This document shows positions 19,518 to 29,934 of a stretch of DNA of 64,000 bases, piece by piece. The notes beneath the pieces are model-generated. The model did not search any database. It saw nothing but the letters and a program-made list of their open reading frames with translations, and had not been told where the DNA came from. The first letter of the stretch is position 1. Each line of letters begins with the position of its first letter. The position numbers and the translations under genes are program-made. Source of the stretch: Clostridia bacterium (GTDB taxonomy: Bacteria > Bacillota > Clostridia > Christensenellales > JBMNLC01); NCBI GenBank assembly GCA_050952525.1, contig JBMNLC010000004.1:102437-166436 (forward strand), in the 5' to 3' direction.

Positions 19518-20678
19518 ATGGACCATCTAAATCCAAAGGATGGTATTCATGGAATGGTGCCTCGGGAAAAGATGAGCAAGGGTGCAAAAAAGCTACGAGA
19601 TTTCTATGAGAGAAAACCGGATGCACCGATCTATCAAACGGAATTCGGCTATTTTTGTCTGGAGCGCTGGAAGAAAGAGGGACATATTGATGATCACACC
19701 GATCTGGCCGAATTATTTGGATACGATGAGCCAGGCAATCACAGCCTTGGGCAACTTGGCTGGTGTGAAGCTGCCTTTTACCCTGAATTTGAAGTGAAAG
19801 TCCTGGAGGACCGTGGTGAATATGAGTTGGTCCAGGATCATGCCGGCAGACACCTCCTCTGCTTTAAGGGAAGAAGGCAAGGGTTCATGCCCGAGTATAT
19901 TGACCATCCAGTCAAGGATATGAAGACCTGGGAAGAAAACTGCAAATGGCGCTTGAATTCAAAGACGGAGGAACGCTATAAGGACCTCGAAGAAAGGATG
20001 GTGCTTGCCAGGGAATGTGCAGGAAAGGGTATGATCATTACCCAAAATCTGATTGGAGGCTATATGTACCTGCGAAGTCTCATTGGACCGGTGGAGCTCT
20101 TATATAAGTTTTATGATGAACCGGAGCTTATCCATGACTGCATGAAGACCTGGCTGGAGCTGTCCGACGCTGTGATCGCACGGCATCAGGAGCATGTGAC
20201 CATTGATGAGATATTTATCGCAGAGGATATCTGTTATAATCATGGACCCTTGATCTCCCCGGAAATGATTAAGGAATTCCTGTTTCCGTATTACCAGCAG
20301 TTAATCAGCAATGTGAAAGCCCGCCAGATTGATAAAAGCCGTCATTTGTATTTTCAGGTGGATACAGATGGATATTCGGAGCCGGTTATCCCCTTATATC
20401 GTGAAATCGGTATGGACTATATGAGCCCTTTCGAGGTGGCAGCGGGTTGCAATGTGGTGAAAGTCGGGCAAGAGTATCCTGATTTGATTATAAGGGGTGG
20501 AATTGATAAGAGAGTGCTGGCGAAAGGAAAAGACGAGATTGACAGGCATATAGACAGCATCCTGCCGGTCATGAAACGGAGGGGAGGCTATATTCCTACT
20601 TGTGACCATGGAGTGCCGGAGGAGGTTTCTTTTGAAAATTACATGCATTTTCGCAAAAGGCTTCAGGGGTTTGCTTGA
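19518..20678 (+). CDS. URO-D-like family protein, paralog 4
   Basis: 386 aa. IAEDICYNHGPLISPEM...GGYIPTCDHGVPE, homologous to the ORF at 6770. Strong AAGGAGG RBS 18 nt after the sbcC stop. Confidence 0.8.
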   Translation: MDHLNPKDGIHGMVPREKMSKGAKKLRDFYERKPDAPIYQTEFGYFCLERWKKEGHIDDHTDLAELFGYDEPGNHSLGQLGWCEAAFYPEFEVKVLEDRGEYELVQDHAGRHLLCFKGRRQGFMPEYIDHPVKDMKTWEENCKWRLNSKTEERYKDLEERMVLARECAGKGMIITQNLIGGYMYLRSLIGPVELLYKFYDEPELIHDCMKTWLELSDAVIARHQEHVTIDEIFIAEDICYNHGPLISPEMIKEFLFPYYQQLISNVKARQIDKSRHLYFQVDTDGYSEPVIPLYREIGMDYMSPFEVAAGCNVVKVGQEYPDLIIRGGIDKRVLAKGKDEIDRHIDSILPVMKRRGGYIPTCDHGVPEEVSFENYMHFRKRLQGFA

Positions 20679-20701
20679 GGATTGACAAATTGATGAAAAA
20701 A

Positions 20702-20739
20702 GGACTGTTCGTGAACATTTCACGAACAGTCCTTTTTTT
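20702..20739 (+). terminator. Rho-independent terminator
   Basis: 14-bp stem GGACTGTTCGTGAA / TTCACGAACAGTCC followed by T7. Confidence 0.9.
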
Positions 20740-20774
20740 ATATTTGCTTTTCATGTTTATTTTACAAAATCTAC

Positions 20775-20804
20775 TTGACATATAGGAATGCTGTGATATA
20801 TACT
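20775..20804 (+). promoter_or_regulatory. Promoter of the cop operon
   Basis: TTGACA (20775-20780), 18-nt spacer, TATACT (20799-20804). Confidence 0.6.
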
Positions 20805-20818
20805 AAATACACCAAAGC

Positions 20819-20839
20819 TACCCCACCCAGGGTGGGGTA
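20819..20839. promoter_or_regulatory. CsoR-type operator (perfect 10+1+10 palindrome)
   Basis: TACCCCACCC-a-GGGTGGGGTA lies immediately downstream of the -10 and matches the GC-rich TACCC...GGGTA architecture of CsoR boxes. Confidence 0.75.
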
Positions 20840-20906
20840 GGGTATGTCGATATAATTACCTGTAGAATAGGCAATTATATTCATAAACCCGGTAATCAGA
20901 CAGAAA

Positions 20907-21197
20907 ATGCTTGGAGGTGTCAGTGTCAGGATGGAGTATACGGATAAGTATCAAGTCCTTAATCTTCTTAAAACTTCGAGAGGACAAATGGATGGGATCA
21001 TAAGAATGGTGGAAGATGATCGGTATTGTGTGGATATTTCAAAACAAATTCTGGCCGTCCAAGCCCTTTTGAAGAAGGCAAATCTCAGAATCATTGATCA
21101 GCATATCAGGCATTGCGTTAAAGAGGCTTTTACAAAAGGCGACGGAGAAGAAAAAGTTGATGAAATCATTGAGCTAATCGACAAGTATGCAAAATGA
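20907..21197 (+). CDS. csoR: CsoR-family copper-sensing transcriptional repressor
   Basis: RGQMDGIIRMVEDDRYCVDISKQILAVQ...HIRHC carries the CsoR C-H-C ligand pattern. The true start may be the ATG at 20931. Confidence 0.85.
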   Translation: MLGGVSVRMEYTDKYQVLNLLKTSRGQMDGIIRMVEDDRYCVDISKQILAVQALLKKANLRIIDQHIRHCVKEAFTKGDGEEKVDEIIELIDKYAK

Positions 21198-21236
21198 TAC
21201 GAAGAAAGCATACAGGTATGGAAAGGAGAAACCACA

Positions 21237-23693
21237 GTGGAAAAGAAAACCCTCCAAATAACCGGCATGACCTGTGCGTCCTGTGCCAGGGCAGTGGAAA
21301 GAAGCGTCAGTAAGCTTGAAGGTGTTCATTCGGCCAATGTGAATCTAGCTACTGAAAAATTGAATGTGGAATTTGATGACAGGCTGAGCCTTTCTAATCT
21401 GAAGGAAGCGATCAGAAAAGCAGGATATGATGTACTGGAAGAAGCCGATATTTCCCTTCGTGAGGTGATGATACCCATTTCCGGTATGACCTGTGCATCC
21501 TGTGCCAGGGCTGTTGAAAGGGCTATCAACAAACTGGCCGGTATAAGGGAGGCAAGTGTTAACCTTGCCTCAGAGAAAGCGAAGGTAGTGTACGATCCCT
21601 CTGAAAGCAGGATATCAGAAATTAAAGCTGCCATTACAAAGGCCGATTATGAGCCTCTTGAAATTGAAAGGGGAGAAGGTTTGGACAAAGACAGGGAACG
21701 AAGACAGAAGGAAATCAAATCCCTCTGGACCAGATTTATGATTGCAGCCATCTTTACCGTTCCCCTTATGTACATTGCCATGGGACATATGATAGGCTTG
21801 CCCCTGCTCGAGCTGATCATGCCAGAAAAAAATCCCCTCAACTTTGGGCTCGTACAGCTCATTTTAACCATTCCCGTCATGATTGCGGGATACCGCTTCT
21901 ATACAGTGGGGTTCAGTCGTTTATTCAGAAGGGAACCAAATATGGATTCATTGATTGCCATTGGCACCGGTGCAGCATTCCTATATGGCGTATATGCCAT
22001 CTATCAAATTGTCAACGGAAACTTGGATTATGCCATGGACTTGTATTTTGAGAGCGCCGGAACGATTATTACCCTCATTATGTTGGGGAAATACCTTGAG
22101 GCTGTATCCAAGGGAAAAACCTCAGAAGCCATTAAAAAGCTGATGGGGCTCGCACCTAAAACCGCAACGGTCATACAGGATGGACAAGAGATGGTGATAC
22201 CCATAGAGGAGGTTGAAACCGGCGATATCATCCTGGTAAAACCGGGAGAGAAAATCCCCGTAGACGGAGAGGTTGTCGAGGGCAGAACGGCGATTGATGA
22301 GTCCATGTTTACCGGCGAGAGCATTCCTGTAGAGAAAAATCCCGGCAGCCAGGTCATCGGTGCCAGCATCAATAAGAATGGAACGATCAAGTTTAGAGCT
22401 ACAAAGGTTGGGAAGGATACAGTCCTTGCCCAAATTATAAAGCTTGTCGAGGACGCCCAGGGATCCAAAGCCCCTATCGCCAAAATGGCTGATATTATTT
22501 CTGGCTACTTTGTGCCCATTGTGATTGCCGTTGCAGTTTTAGCAGCTTTAGCGTGGTACATCTCCGGCATGTTGGTCGTTTTCTCATTGACAATATTCAT
22601 ATCCGTTCTTGTTATCGCTTGCCCATGCGCCCTCGGTTTAGCAACCCCTACTGCGATCATGGTGGGTACCGGAAAAGGGGCGGAATACGGAGTGTTGATA
22701 AAAGGCGGTGAAGCGCTGGAGACTGCTCATAAAATAAACACCGTCGTTCTTGATAAAACAGGCACCATTACGGAAGGTAGCCCCAAAGTCACGGACATCA
22801 TTACTACCGGTAAAATGAGTGAAACAGAGCTCCTGCAATTATCTGCTTCAGCAGAAAGGGGTTCAGAACACCCCTTAGGGGAAGCCATTGTGGAGCTGGC
22901 AAAAGAAAGGAACTTAGAGTTTTTCCCTACGGAAAACTTTGAAGCCATTCCGGGCCATGGAATTGATGTGACAATTCAAGAGAGGAGAATTCTACTCGGT
23001 AATCGAAAGCTTATGGATGATAAGGGGATTGATATCCGTATGGATAATGAATCCGACAGGCTGGCGGAGGAAGGGAAAACTCCCATGTATGTTGCTGTGG
23101 AGAATGAGCTTGTTGGTATGATTGCAGTGGCGGATGTGATGAAAGAGAACAGCAAGAGAGCCGTTCAGGTTCTGCATAATATGGGGATAGAGGTAGTTAT
23201 GATCACAGGTGATAACAGAAGGACCGCGGAAGCGATTGCCAGGCAGGTAGGCATCGATCGGGTATTTGCTGAAGTGCTGCCACAGGACAAAGCCGAAGAG
23301 GTTAAGAAGCTTCAGAATGAGGGCAAAAAGGTTGCCATGGTAGGGGACGGCATCAACGATGCGCCCGCCCTGGCCCAGGCGGATATAGGAATTGCTATTG
23401 GCTCCGGAACGGATGTGGCGATGGCTTCAGCGGATATCGTTCTAATGAAAAGTGATCTTATGGATGTACCTACGGCTATCCAATTGAGTAAGCAGACCAT
23501 AAGGAATATCAAGCAAAATCTTTTCTGGGCTTTTGCTTATAATACTGCCGGTATACCGATAGCAGCGGGCTTGCTGTACCTCTTTGGAGGTCCTCTGCTG
23601 AACCCAATGATTGCAGCAGCGGCAATGGCATTCAGTTCTGTATCGGTTTTGTCCAACGCTCTAAGGCTTAAGAAATTCAAGCCAGTTCATTGA
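21237..23693 (+). CDS. copA: Copper-translocating P1B-type ATPase
   Basis: Two N-terminal [11 protein letters not shown] domains, TGES, CPC ([11 protein letters not shown]), [16 protein letters not shown] start after an AAAGGAGA RBS. Confidence 0.95.
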   Translation: MEKKTLQITGMTCASCARAVERSVSKLEGVHSANVNLATEKLNVEFDDRLSLSNLKEAIRKAGYDVLEEADISLREVMIPISGMTCASCARAVERAINKLAGIREASVNLASEKAKVVYDPSESRISEIKAAITKADYEPLEIERGEGLDKDRERRQKEIKSLWTRFMIAAIFTVPLMYIAMGHMIGLPLLELIMPEKNPLNFGLVQLILTIPVMIAGYRFYTVGFSRLFRREPNMDSLIAIGTGAAFLYGVYAIYQIVNGNLDYAMDLYFESAGTIITLIMLGKYLEAVSKGKTSEAIKKLMGLAPKTATVIQDGQEMVIPIEEVETGDIILVKPGEKIPVDGEVVEGRTAIDESMFTGESIPVEKNPGSQVIGASINKNGTIKFRATKVGKDTVLAQIIKLVEDAQGSKAPIAKMADIISGYFVPIVIAVAVLAALAWYISGMLVVFSLTIFISVLVIACPCALGLATPTAIMVGTGKGAEYGVLIKGGEALETAHKINTVVLDKTGTITEGSPKVTDIITTGKMSETELLQLSASAERGSEHPLGEAIVELAKERNLEFFPTENFEAIPGHGIDVTIQERRILLGNRKLMDDKGIDIRMDNESDRLAEEGKTPMYVAVENELVGMIAVADVMKENSKRAVQVLHNMGIEVVMITGDNRRTAEAIARQVGIDRVFAEVLPQDKAEEVKKLQNEGKKVAMVGDGINDAPALAQADIGIAIGSGTDVAMASADIVLMKSDLMDVPTAIQLSKQTIRNIKQNLFWAFAYNTAGIPIAAGLLYLFGGPLLNPMIAAAAMAFSSVSVLSNALRLKKFKPVH

Positions 23694-23726
23694 CGGATCA
23701 CTACAAATTATGAAAGGATGATGATT

Positions 23727-23936
23727 ATGACAAAGAAGGTCTATATTGAAGGCATGACATGTAATCACTGTGCCAAGCATGTTGAAGATGCATTGAAGGA
23801 AATTGACGGAGTTCAATCCGTGAAGGTCGACCTGAAGGGCAAGTTTGCCGTCATTGAATCAGCAAAGCCGATTGAAGATGCTTCCATAAAAGCGACAATT
23901 GAAGATGCAGGATATGAGCCGGTAAAAATTGAATAG
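23727..23936 (+). CDS. copZ: Copper chaperone CopZ (HMA domain)
   Basis: 69 aa with GMTCNHCAKHVE metal-binding motif. ORF 23718..23936; RBS spacing favours the ATG at 23727. Confidence 0.9.
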   Translation: MTKKVYIEGMTCNHCAKHVEDALKEIDGVQSVKVDLKGKFAVIESAKPIEDASIKATIEDAGYEPVKIE

Positions 23937-24152
23937 GGATAAGGAGAACGGGCAGTTCGTTATCTGGCTGCCTGTTTTCTTTTTTTGGCAAAATGAAATG
24001 ACTTTGTTCATTCTCAGACCCTTTTTCGCCATGTAAAGAAAGATGAGTATGGAAGACAGCAAGGATATCATGCATACGGAAAGCAGGCTTTGTATAGATA
24101 ATTTAGATAATAGCCGGGATGAAAAAGGGAAACAAGCTCGTGTGTAGAATTT

Positions 24153-24172
24153 GTACTAGGACGTACTAGGAC
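24153..24172. repeat. Perfect tandem 10-bp direct repeat (GTACTAGGAC x2) upstream of the dehydratase
   Basis: Read directly from the sequence, 80 nt upstream of the ATG at 24252. Confidence 0.6.
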
Positions 24173-24251
24173 CTTAAACACTAAGAATCTTCAGTTTTGT
24201 ACGAATCTTATTTGATATCTATACACTCAGGAAAAGAGAGGAGAGGTAGAA

Positions 24252-25985
24252 ATGGGTGTTATTTCGAGCAATCCACGAAGCATGGGAGAACGTAGGCTAT
24301 GGGCTCAATTTGATGCACTGCAGATGGGAATGGACTGGGATGAGGAAGATATACGAAAACAACAAATCCTCATCGAAGATGTATTTGGAGAGAGTCACCC
24401 GGGAAGCAGTCATTTGATTGGATTAACACGACAGGCCGGCATCGGTGTTTACGAAAGAGGCGGGCGACCGGCACAGTTTCATGTGACGGATATCTGTGAC
24501 GGATGTGCCCAAGGCCATGATGGAATGAATTATGTATTGGCCTCTCGGGAAGTCATTTCGGATATGGTAGAGATCCACGGGTCGTTTTTTTCATGGGATG
24601 GATTGATCCTGATTTCTTCCTGTGATAAATCCATACCCGCTCATCTCAAAGCAGCCGCCCGTCTGGACCTTCCGACCGTCTTTATACCGGGTGGAAGCAT
24701 GCGTCCGGGGCCGGATATGTCTACCTCTATCAGAGCCGGAGACATCTCCTTAAGGGAGAAGAGGGAAGGGGTTTCCCCGGAGGAGCTTCGCAACTATAAG
24801 ATGACGGGATGTCCGTCCGTTGGCGCATGCCAATTTCTGGGCACTGCCAGTACCATGCAGTGTATGGCGGAGGCATTGGGTCTGGCCCTTCCCGGAAGCG
24901 CTCTAATACCTGCCACCATTCGGGATATCACTGCAATGGCCAGAAGGGCAGGAAGGCATATTATGGAAATATTGGAGAAGGGCATTACAGCGAGGGACAT
25001 CCTGACAGCGGAAGCATTTCGAAATGCGATTGTTGTCCATGCAGCCATCGGAGGGTCCACTAATGCCATGCTCCATCTTCCGGCCATTGCCCATGAAGTG
25101 GGCATTGAGCTGGATCCACAGATTTTTGATGAAATCAACAGAAAGACACCCCATATTGGGAACATCTATCCCAGCGGTCAATATCCTACGGAGGCTTTTT
25201 GGTTTGCAGGAGGGATTCCCAAGGTCCAGTGGCTGTTAAGGGATTATCTTGATCTGGACGTCCTGACAGTTACCGGTAAGACCTTAGGGGAGAACCTGGA
25301 GGACCTTCAAGAGGAAGGCTTTTTCGCAAGGATTGAGAGATACCTCCATAACTATGGCCTTGAGCCGGAGCAGGTCATTAGAAAGCTTGAAGACACCCAT
25401 GAAAGGGGGTCCATCGCCGTTTTGAAAGGAAATCTGGCGCCGGAGGGGGCAGTGGTTAAATACGCAGCCGTTGATGAGAAGATGATGCATCATATTGGTG
25501 AAGCACGGGTATTCAATTCAGAGGAGGAATGCTATCAGGCAATAGTGGAAGAGAGGATTACTCCCGGCATGGTGCTTATTATCCGGTATGAAGGTCCACG
25601 GGGAGCAGGAATGCCCGAAATGCTGATGACAACAGAGGCGATCGTATGTGATAGCCGGCTTAACGGTACGACTGCCTTGATTACGGACGGCCGTTTTTCC
25701 GGGGCGACCCGGGGACCATGTATAGGCCATGTTTCTCCTGAAGCTGCTGTGGGTGGACCGATTGCCTTGGTGGAGGACGGGGATCTTATTGAACTGGATA
25801 TAGAGAACCGTCAGCTGAACATCATTGGGATAAACGGACAGCGTTTGTCCCCGGAAGGATTTAAAAGGGTGTTGGCAGAAAGAAGGAAACGGTGGCAGCC
25901 CCCTGATCGGAAACTTCGTAATGGGGTCTTTAAACGCTATACCCAAGGAGCTGTTTCGGCCATGAAGGGCGCCTATATGGAATAA
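24252..25985 (+). CDS. IlvD/Edd family dehydratase (sugar-acid or dihydroxy-acid dehydratase)
   Basis: 577 aa. [10 protein letters not shown] (the CDK cluster motif of IlvD/Edd), [14 protein letters not shown] and TDGRFSG motifs. Confidence 0.85.
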   Translation: MGVISSNPRSMGERRLWAQFDALQMGMDWDEEDIRKQQILIEDVFGESHPGSSHLIGLTRQAGIGVYERGGRPAQFHVTDICDGCAQGHDGMNYVLASREVISDMVEIHGSFFSWDGLILISSCDKSIPAHLKAAARLDLPTVFIPGGSMRPGPDMSTSIRAGDISLREKREGVSPEELRNYKMTGCPSVGACQFLGTASTMQCMAEALGLALPGSALIPATIRDITAMARRAGRHIMEILEKGITARDILTAEAFRNAIVVHAAIGGSTNAMLHLPAIAHEVGIELDPQIFDEINRKTPHIGNIYPSGQYPTEAFWFAGGIPKVQWLLRDYLDLDVLTVTGKTLGENLEDLQEEGFFARIERYLHNYGLEPEQVIRKLEDTHERGSIAVLKGNLAPEGAVVKYAAVDEKMMHHIGEARVFNSEEECYQAIVEERITPGMVLIIRYEGPRGAGMPEMLMTTEAIVCDSRLNGTTALITDGRFSGATRGPCIGHVSPEAAVGGPIALVEDGDLIELDIENRQLNIIGINGQRLSPEGFKRVLAERRKRWQPPDRKLRNGVFKRYTQGAVSAMKGAYME

Positions 25986-26023
25986 AACAGGAAAAACCTT
26001 AGTAAGAAAGAGCTGAAGCGAAT

Positions 26024-26995
26024 CTATTCAGGAACTACCCATTCAATGAATTTCACATAGAATTTGATAAGGGGCAGAAAAAGGACGGCGCTGAGGATAT
26101 TGAACAGGGTATGGGAATTGGCCACCAGCCTTGTCTGATCCATCCCGAGGAATGTGGTGATGTTTTCAACAAGGTTAGCGAAGGGTTTAAGAAAAGTGAA
26201 AGCGATGATGACTCCGATGATGTTGTAGAGGGTGTGGGCCCAGACAGTACGTTTTGCAGCGATATTTCCTTTTAGACCGGCAAGCTGTGCGGTTATGCAG
26301 GTACCGATATTATCCCCCAGCACCAAGGCGACGGCACCTTCGAAGGGAAGAAGCCCGGCATTGTATAAAAGGATGGTTAGCCCAACGGTGGCACTGCTGC
26401 TGTGGACCAATGCTGTGGCAATCATACCGATGAAAAGGCTGATAAAGGGATTTCCCCCATAGTGTAAAAAAAGCTGTTGAATTTTGGGGTTGTCCCGGAC
26501 ATAGGGGATACTTGCGTTTAAGACCATAAGGCCGGCAAAGAGGAATCCAATACCTGTTATTGCTTGACCAATACTTCGAATGGTTGGTCTTCGTGAAAGG
26601 ACTATTGTCCCAATGCCAATGATGAGGGCAGGTATCGAAATGTGGGAAATGGGAAAGGAAATAAGCTGAGCGGTGACCGTGGTTCCGATATTGGCGCCCA
26701 GAATGATTCCTACTGCTTGGGACAGTTTCATAATGCCGCTGTTCACTAGTCCCACCGTTAATACGGTGACAGCCGTGCTGCTTTGGATGAGTGCAGTTAA
26801 GAAGGTACCGGCCAGGAATGCCCGCCATGTTTTTCCTGTGAGGTTTGCCATGACTTTTTCGAGTAAGCTCCGGTTGGCCTTTTCCAATCCTTGTCCCATC
26901 CAGTCCACGCCGGCTAACAGGAGGATGGTTCCGCTTACAAGATTAATGAGGATGATCAGGAGAGTTTGGGTCTTCAACACTGTCCCTCCCTTCAT
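26024..26995 (-). CDS. Na/Pi-cotransporter family protein (short form, no PhoU-like domain)
   Basis: 323 aa polytopic protein with the duplicated motif QSS(T/S)A...G.NIGT (ALIQSSTAVTV...GANIGTTVTAQ and LVHSSSATVG...GDNIGTCITAQ). Confidence 0.8.
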   Translation of the reverse strand: MKGGTVLKTQTLLIILINLVSGTILLLAGVDWMGQGLEKANRSLLEKVMANLTGKTWRAFLAGTFLTALIQSSTAVTVLTVGLVNSGIMKLSQAVGIILGANIGTTVTAQLISFPISHISIPALIIGIGTIVLSRRPTIRSIGQAITGIGFLFAGLMVLNASIPYVRDNPKIQQLFLHYGGNPFISLFIGMIATALVHSSSATVGLTILLYNAGLLPFEGAVALVLGDNIGTCITAQLAGLKGNIAAKRTVWAHTLYNIIGVIIAFTFLKPFANLVENITTFLGMDQTRLVANSHTLFNILSAVLFLPLIKFYVKFIEWVVPE

Positions 26996-27188
26996 AAAGC
27001 CGGAGGATGTACCATATACAGATAAAATATATTCAAGCGGTAATTCGTTTATGATGCATTAACCTATATACCGGGATGCTACGGTAATGGCTTCGGGCAT
27101 GGGAGGATGATTTTGTTCCAGCTGACATACATAGAAAAAAATATTAAGTCTAAGGGGATTCAGACAGAAAAAGTCAGGAGGGATTCAT

Positions 27189-27965
27189 GTGAGGATATAT
27201 ATTCATACGGATCTGGAGGGAATCAGCGGGATTGATTCCATTGAAATGATCGGTCGGAATAATTCGAAGCATCCATATGCGATTGCCAGGCTTATGGCGG
27301 ATGTGAATGCAGCCATAGACGGAGCCTTTGCAGGGGGAGCCAGTCATGTGACAGTATTGGACAGTCACGCAGGGGGCGGGAATTTTGATCTTTCCCTTCT
27401 GGATAAACGGGCAGAACTGGATACCAAGGAAAACGGAAAGTGGTGGGGGAAGCTGGATGACACATATGATGGCACCTTTTTTATCGGTGCCCATGCCATG
27501 GCAGGAACCATAAACGGTTTTTTAGACCATACCCAAAGCAGTATGAGCTGGTACAATTACTGGGTGAATGGACGAAGGATGGGAGAACTGGCTCAGTGGG
27601 CTATGGTTGCAGGTCACTTTGGCGTTCCCATGTTGTTTGTCAGCGGAGATGAAGCAGCATGTACCGAAGCGAGACAATTCTTCCATCCATTGGAATGCGC
27701 TACAGTAAAACGGGGTATCGGAAGAAACCGAGCCGAATTGCTTGATCCCAATAAGGCTGAAGAAAGTATTCGTGAGGGAGCATGTAGAGCGATGCAGCTG
27801 GTGGGAAAGGCAAAGCCCTTTACTCCCATTCTCCCCATGGAGATTAAACTGGAGCTGTACCGATCCGATTATTGTGATGAAATTGCTTTGAAGCCCGGGA
27901 TAGAAAGACTGGATGCCCGAACGGTAAGGAAAATAGCCCATAGCTATCTGGAGTTGTTCTTTTGA
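27189..27965 (+). CDS. M55 family (DppA-like D-aminopeptidase) protein
   Basis: GTG start 6 nt after an AGGAGGG RBS. MRIYIHTDLEGISG...VLDSH...GAHAMAG...VSGDEAA parallels B. subtilis DppA. Confidence 0.8.
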   Translation: MRIYIHTDLEGISGIDSIEMIGRNNSKHPYAIARLMADVNAAIDGAFAGGASHVTVLDSHAGGGNFDLSLLDKRAELDTKENGKWWGKLDDTYDGTFFIGAHAMAGTINGFLDHTQSSMSWYNYWVNGRRMGELAQWAMVAGHFGVPMLFVSGDEAACTEARQFFHPLECATVKRGIGRNRAELLDPNKAEESIREGACRAMQLVGKAKPFTPILPMEIKLELYRSDYCDEIALKPGIERLDARTVRKIAHSYLELFF

Positions 27966-28073
27966 TTCTTACATGGAAAATGCGGCAAAAAGGCAAGCGA
28001 TTTGTTTGATCAGAAATGAATACAGGATTTCCTCTGCAAAATGTAGAATAGCTAAGGGAGTAGGGAAAGAAAA

Positions 28074-28931
28074 ATGAAGCATCAGGAGGCATATCAGATG
28101 GATTATAAGGATAGCCATTGGCATATCGAAGTATTGAAGGATGAAGTAAAACGGGGACATTTTAAATCAGCACTGTTTGATTTCGATGGTACCATCAGTC
28201 TCATCCGCCAAGGATGGCAGGAGGTGATGGTCCCTTATTTCACAGAGGTCCTCCTTGAAACTCCGGAGGCGGAGGACTTGGATACTTTATCTGCATGTGT
28301 ACGTGATTTTGTGGATCTGTTAACGGGCAAGCAGACCATATACCAGTGTATTCGTCTGGCAGAGGAAGTGGAAAAAAGGGGAGGCCGGCCTGAAGATCCC
28401 TTGGTATATAAAAGGGGATACAATCGACGCCTGCTGGAGCGAATTAACTATCGAATTCAAGGCCTTGAAGATGGTAGTCTTAAACCGGAAGACCTATTGG
28501 TACCCGGATCCCTTTCATTCCTATCCCTTCTTCGGGAACGTAGCATGGTACTTTATCTTGCCAGTGGTACGGATGAGCCCTATGTCTTGAAGGAGGCGGA
28601 ATTGCTGGGAATCAGTTCATTCTTTGACGGTGGTATATATGGAGCCAGAGATGATTACAAGACCTTTTCCAAAGCCATGGTCATTCAGAGGATTATCGAG
28701 AGCCACGGGCTGTCAGGGTATGAATTGCTGGGCTTTGGGGACGGATATGTGGAGATAGAGAATGTAAAGGCTGTAGATGGCTTTGCAGTGGGGGTTGCGT
28801 CGGACGAGGTACGGCGTATAGGTGTTGATGAATGGAAGCGGAATCGTTTGATCGGAGCGGGTGCGGATATCATTATACCCGATTTCAGAGAGGCGGCTGA
28901 ACTCGATCATTATCTTTTTCAGGGGAGGTAG
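28074..28931 (+). CDS. HAD-superfamily hydrolase
   Basis: Motif I LFDFDGT, motif II LASGT, motif IV GFGDGYVE. Confidence 0.75.
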   Translation: MKHQEAYQMDYKDSHWHIEVLKDEVKRGHFKSALFDFDGTISLIRQGWQEVMVPYFTEVLLETPEAEDLDTLSACVRDFVDLLTGKQTIYQCIRLAEEVEKRGGRPEDPLVYKRGYNRRLLERINYRIQGLEDGSLKPEDLLVPGSLSFLSLLRERSMVLYLASGTDEPYVLKEAELLGISSFFDGGIYGARDDYKTFSKAMVIQRIIESHGLSGYELLGFGDGYVEIENVKAVDGFAVGVASDEVRRIGVDEWKRNRLIGAGADIIIPDFREAAELDHYLFQGR

Positions 28932-28937
28932 ATATGG

Positions 28938-29909
28938 ATGTCCTTTAGAAAATTCAATCGGGATTTGTTGAAATTAAAACCCTTGAAAGAGCGAGAACAT
29001 GATTTGCATATGGATATTATGCTTAATCTGGAGGATGAGATTCCTGAGTTCGAACATCCGACTTTGGATATTTTAGCCGATCGTATATGGGAAGCCAGCA
29101 AAAAACAGGCCAGTGTGATTTTCATGATGGGAGGTCATGTGATTCGTTCGGGCGTTTCGCCCTTTCTTATTGAGCTGATGAAGAGAGGACTGGTAAGTCA
29201 TTTTGCCATGAATGGGGCAGGGGCCATCCATGATTTTGAATTAGCCCTTATCGGAGCTACTACTGAGAGCGTAGCCAAATATATCAGTGAAGGACAATTT
29301 GGTCTGTGGCAGGAAACGGGGCGAATCAATGAAGCGGCCATAGAGGGAGCCAGGGATGGCTTAGGATTGGGGGAAGCCATCGGCCGGATGATCGAGACGG
29401 AAGATTTCCCATATAAGGAAAACAGTATTTTGGCTGCCGGATACCGGTACCGTGTGCCTGTGACCGTTCATGTGGGCATCGGATGCGATATTATCCACGA
29501 GCACCCCAATTGCGATGGGGCGGCTTTGGGAGAAAGCTCTTATACGGATTTCCTCATCTATGCAAACAGCATCTATCACTTAGAAAATGGGGTATTCCTT
29601 AATTTTGGATCTGCTGTCGTAGGACCGGAAGTATACCTGAAATGCCTGGCAATGGCAAGGAATGTGGCTCACCAACAGGGCAAAGTCATTACCCATTTTA
29701 CAACCGCTGTGTTTGATCTGTTACCTCTGGAAGAAGAGAACTTCCATGAAACGCCCCCTAAGGATGATCCCCGCTACTATTTCAGACCCTGGAAGACCAT
29801 TCTGACCCGTACGGTAGCCGATGGCGGTGAGGCCTTCTATATCCAGGGCAGCCACAGGCAAACAATACCCAACCTGGCAAAAAAGCTGTTTCTACGAAGC
29901 AATTCTTGA
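28938..29909 (+). CDS. Conserved hypothetical protein, deoxyhypusine-synthase-like fold (tentative)
   Basis: 323 aa. VIFMMGGHVIRSGVSPFLIELMKRGLVSHFAMNGAGAIHDFELAL lines up by eye with the DHS segment IFLGYTSNLISSGIRE...VDVLVTTAGGVEEDLIKCL, and the later VPVTVHVG and NFGSAVVG segments also match positionally. Function unknown. Confidence 0.5.
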   Translation: MSFRKFNRDLLKLKPLKEREHDLHMDIMLNLEDEIPEFEHPTLDILADRIWEASKKQASVIFMMGGHVIRSGVSPFLIELMKRGLVSHFAMNGAGAIHDFELALIGATTESVAKYISEGQFGLWQETGRINEAAIEGARDGLGLGEAIGRMIETEDFPYKENSILAAGYRYRVPVTVHVGIGCDIIHEHPNCDGAALGESSYTDFLIYANSIYHLENGVFLNFGSAVVGPEVYLKCLAMARNVAHQQGKVITHFTTAVFDLLPLEEENFHETPPKDDPRYYFRPWKTILTRTVADGGEAFYIQGSHRQTIPNLAKKLFLRSNS

Positions 29910-29934
29910 TCACAATATGGATGGAGGAGCGAAA

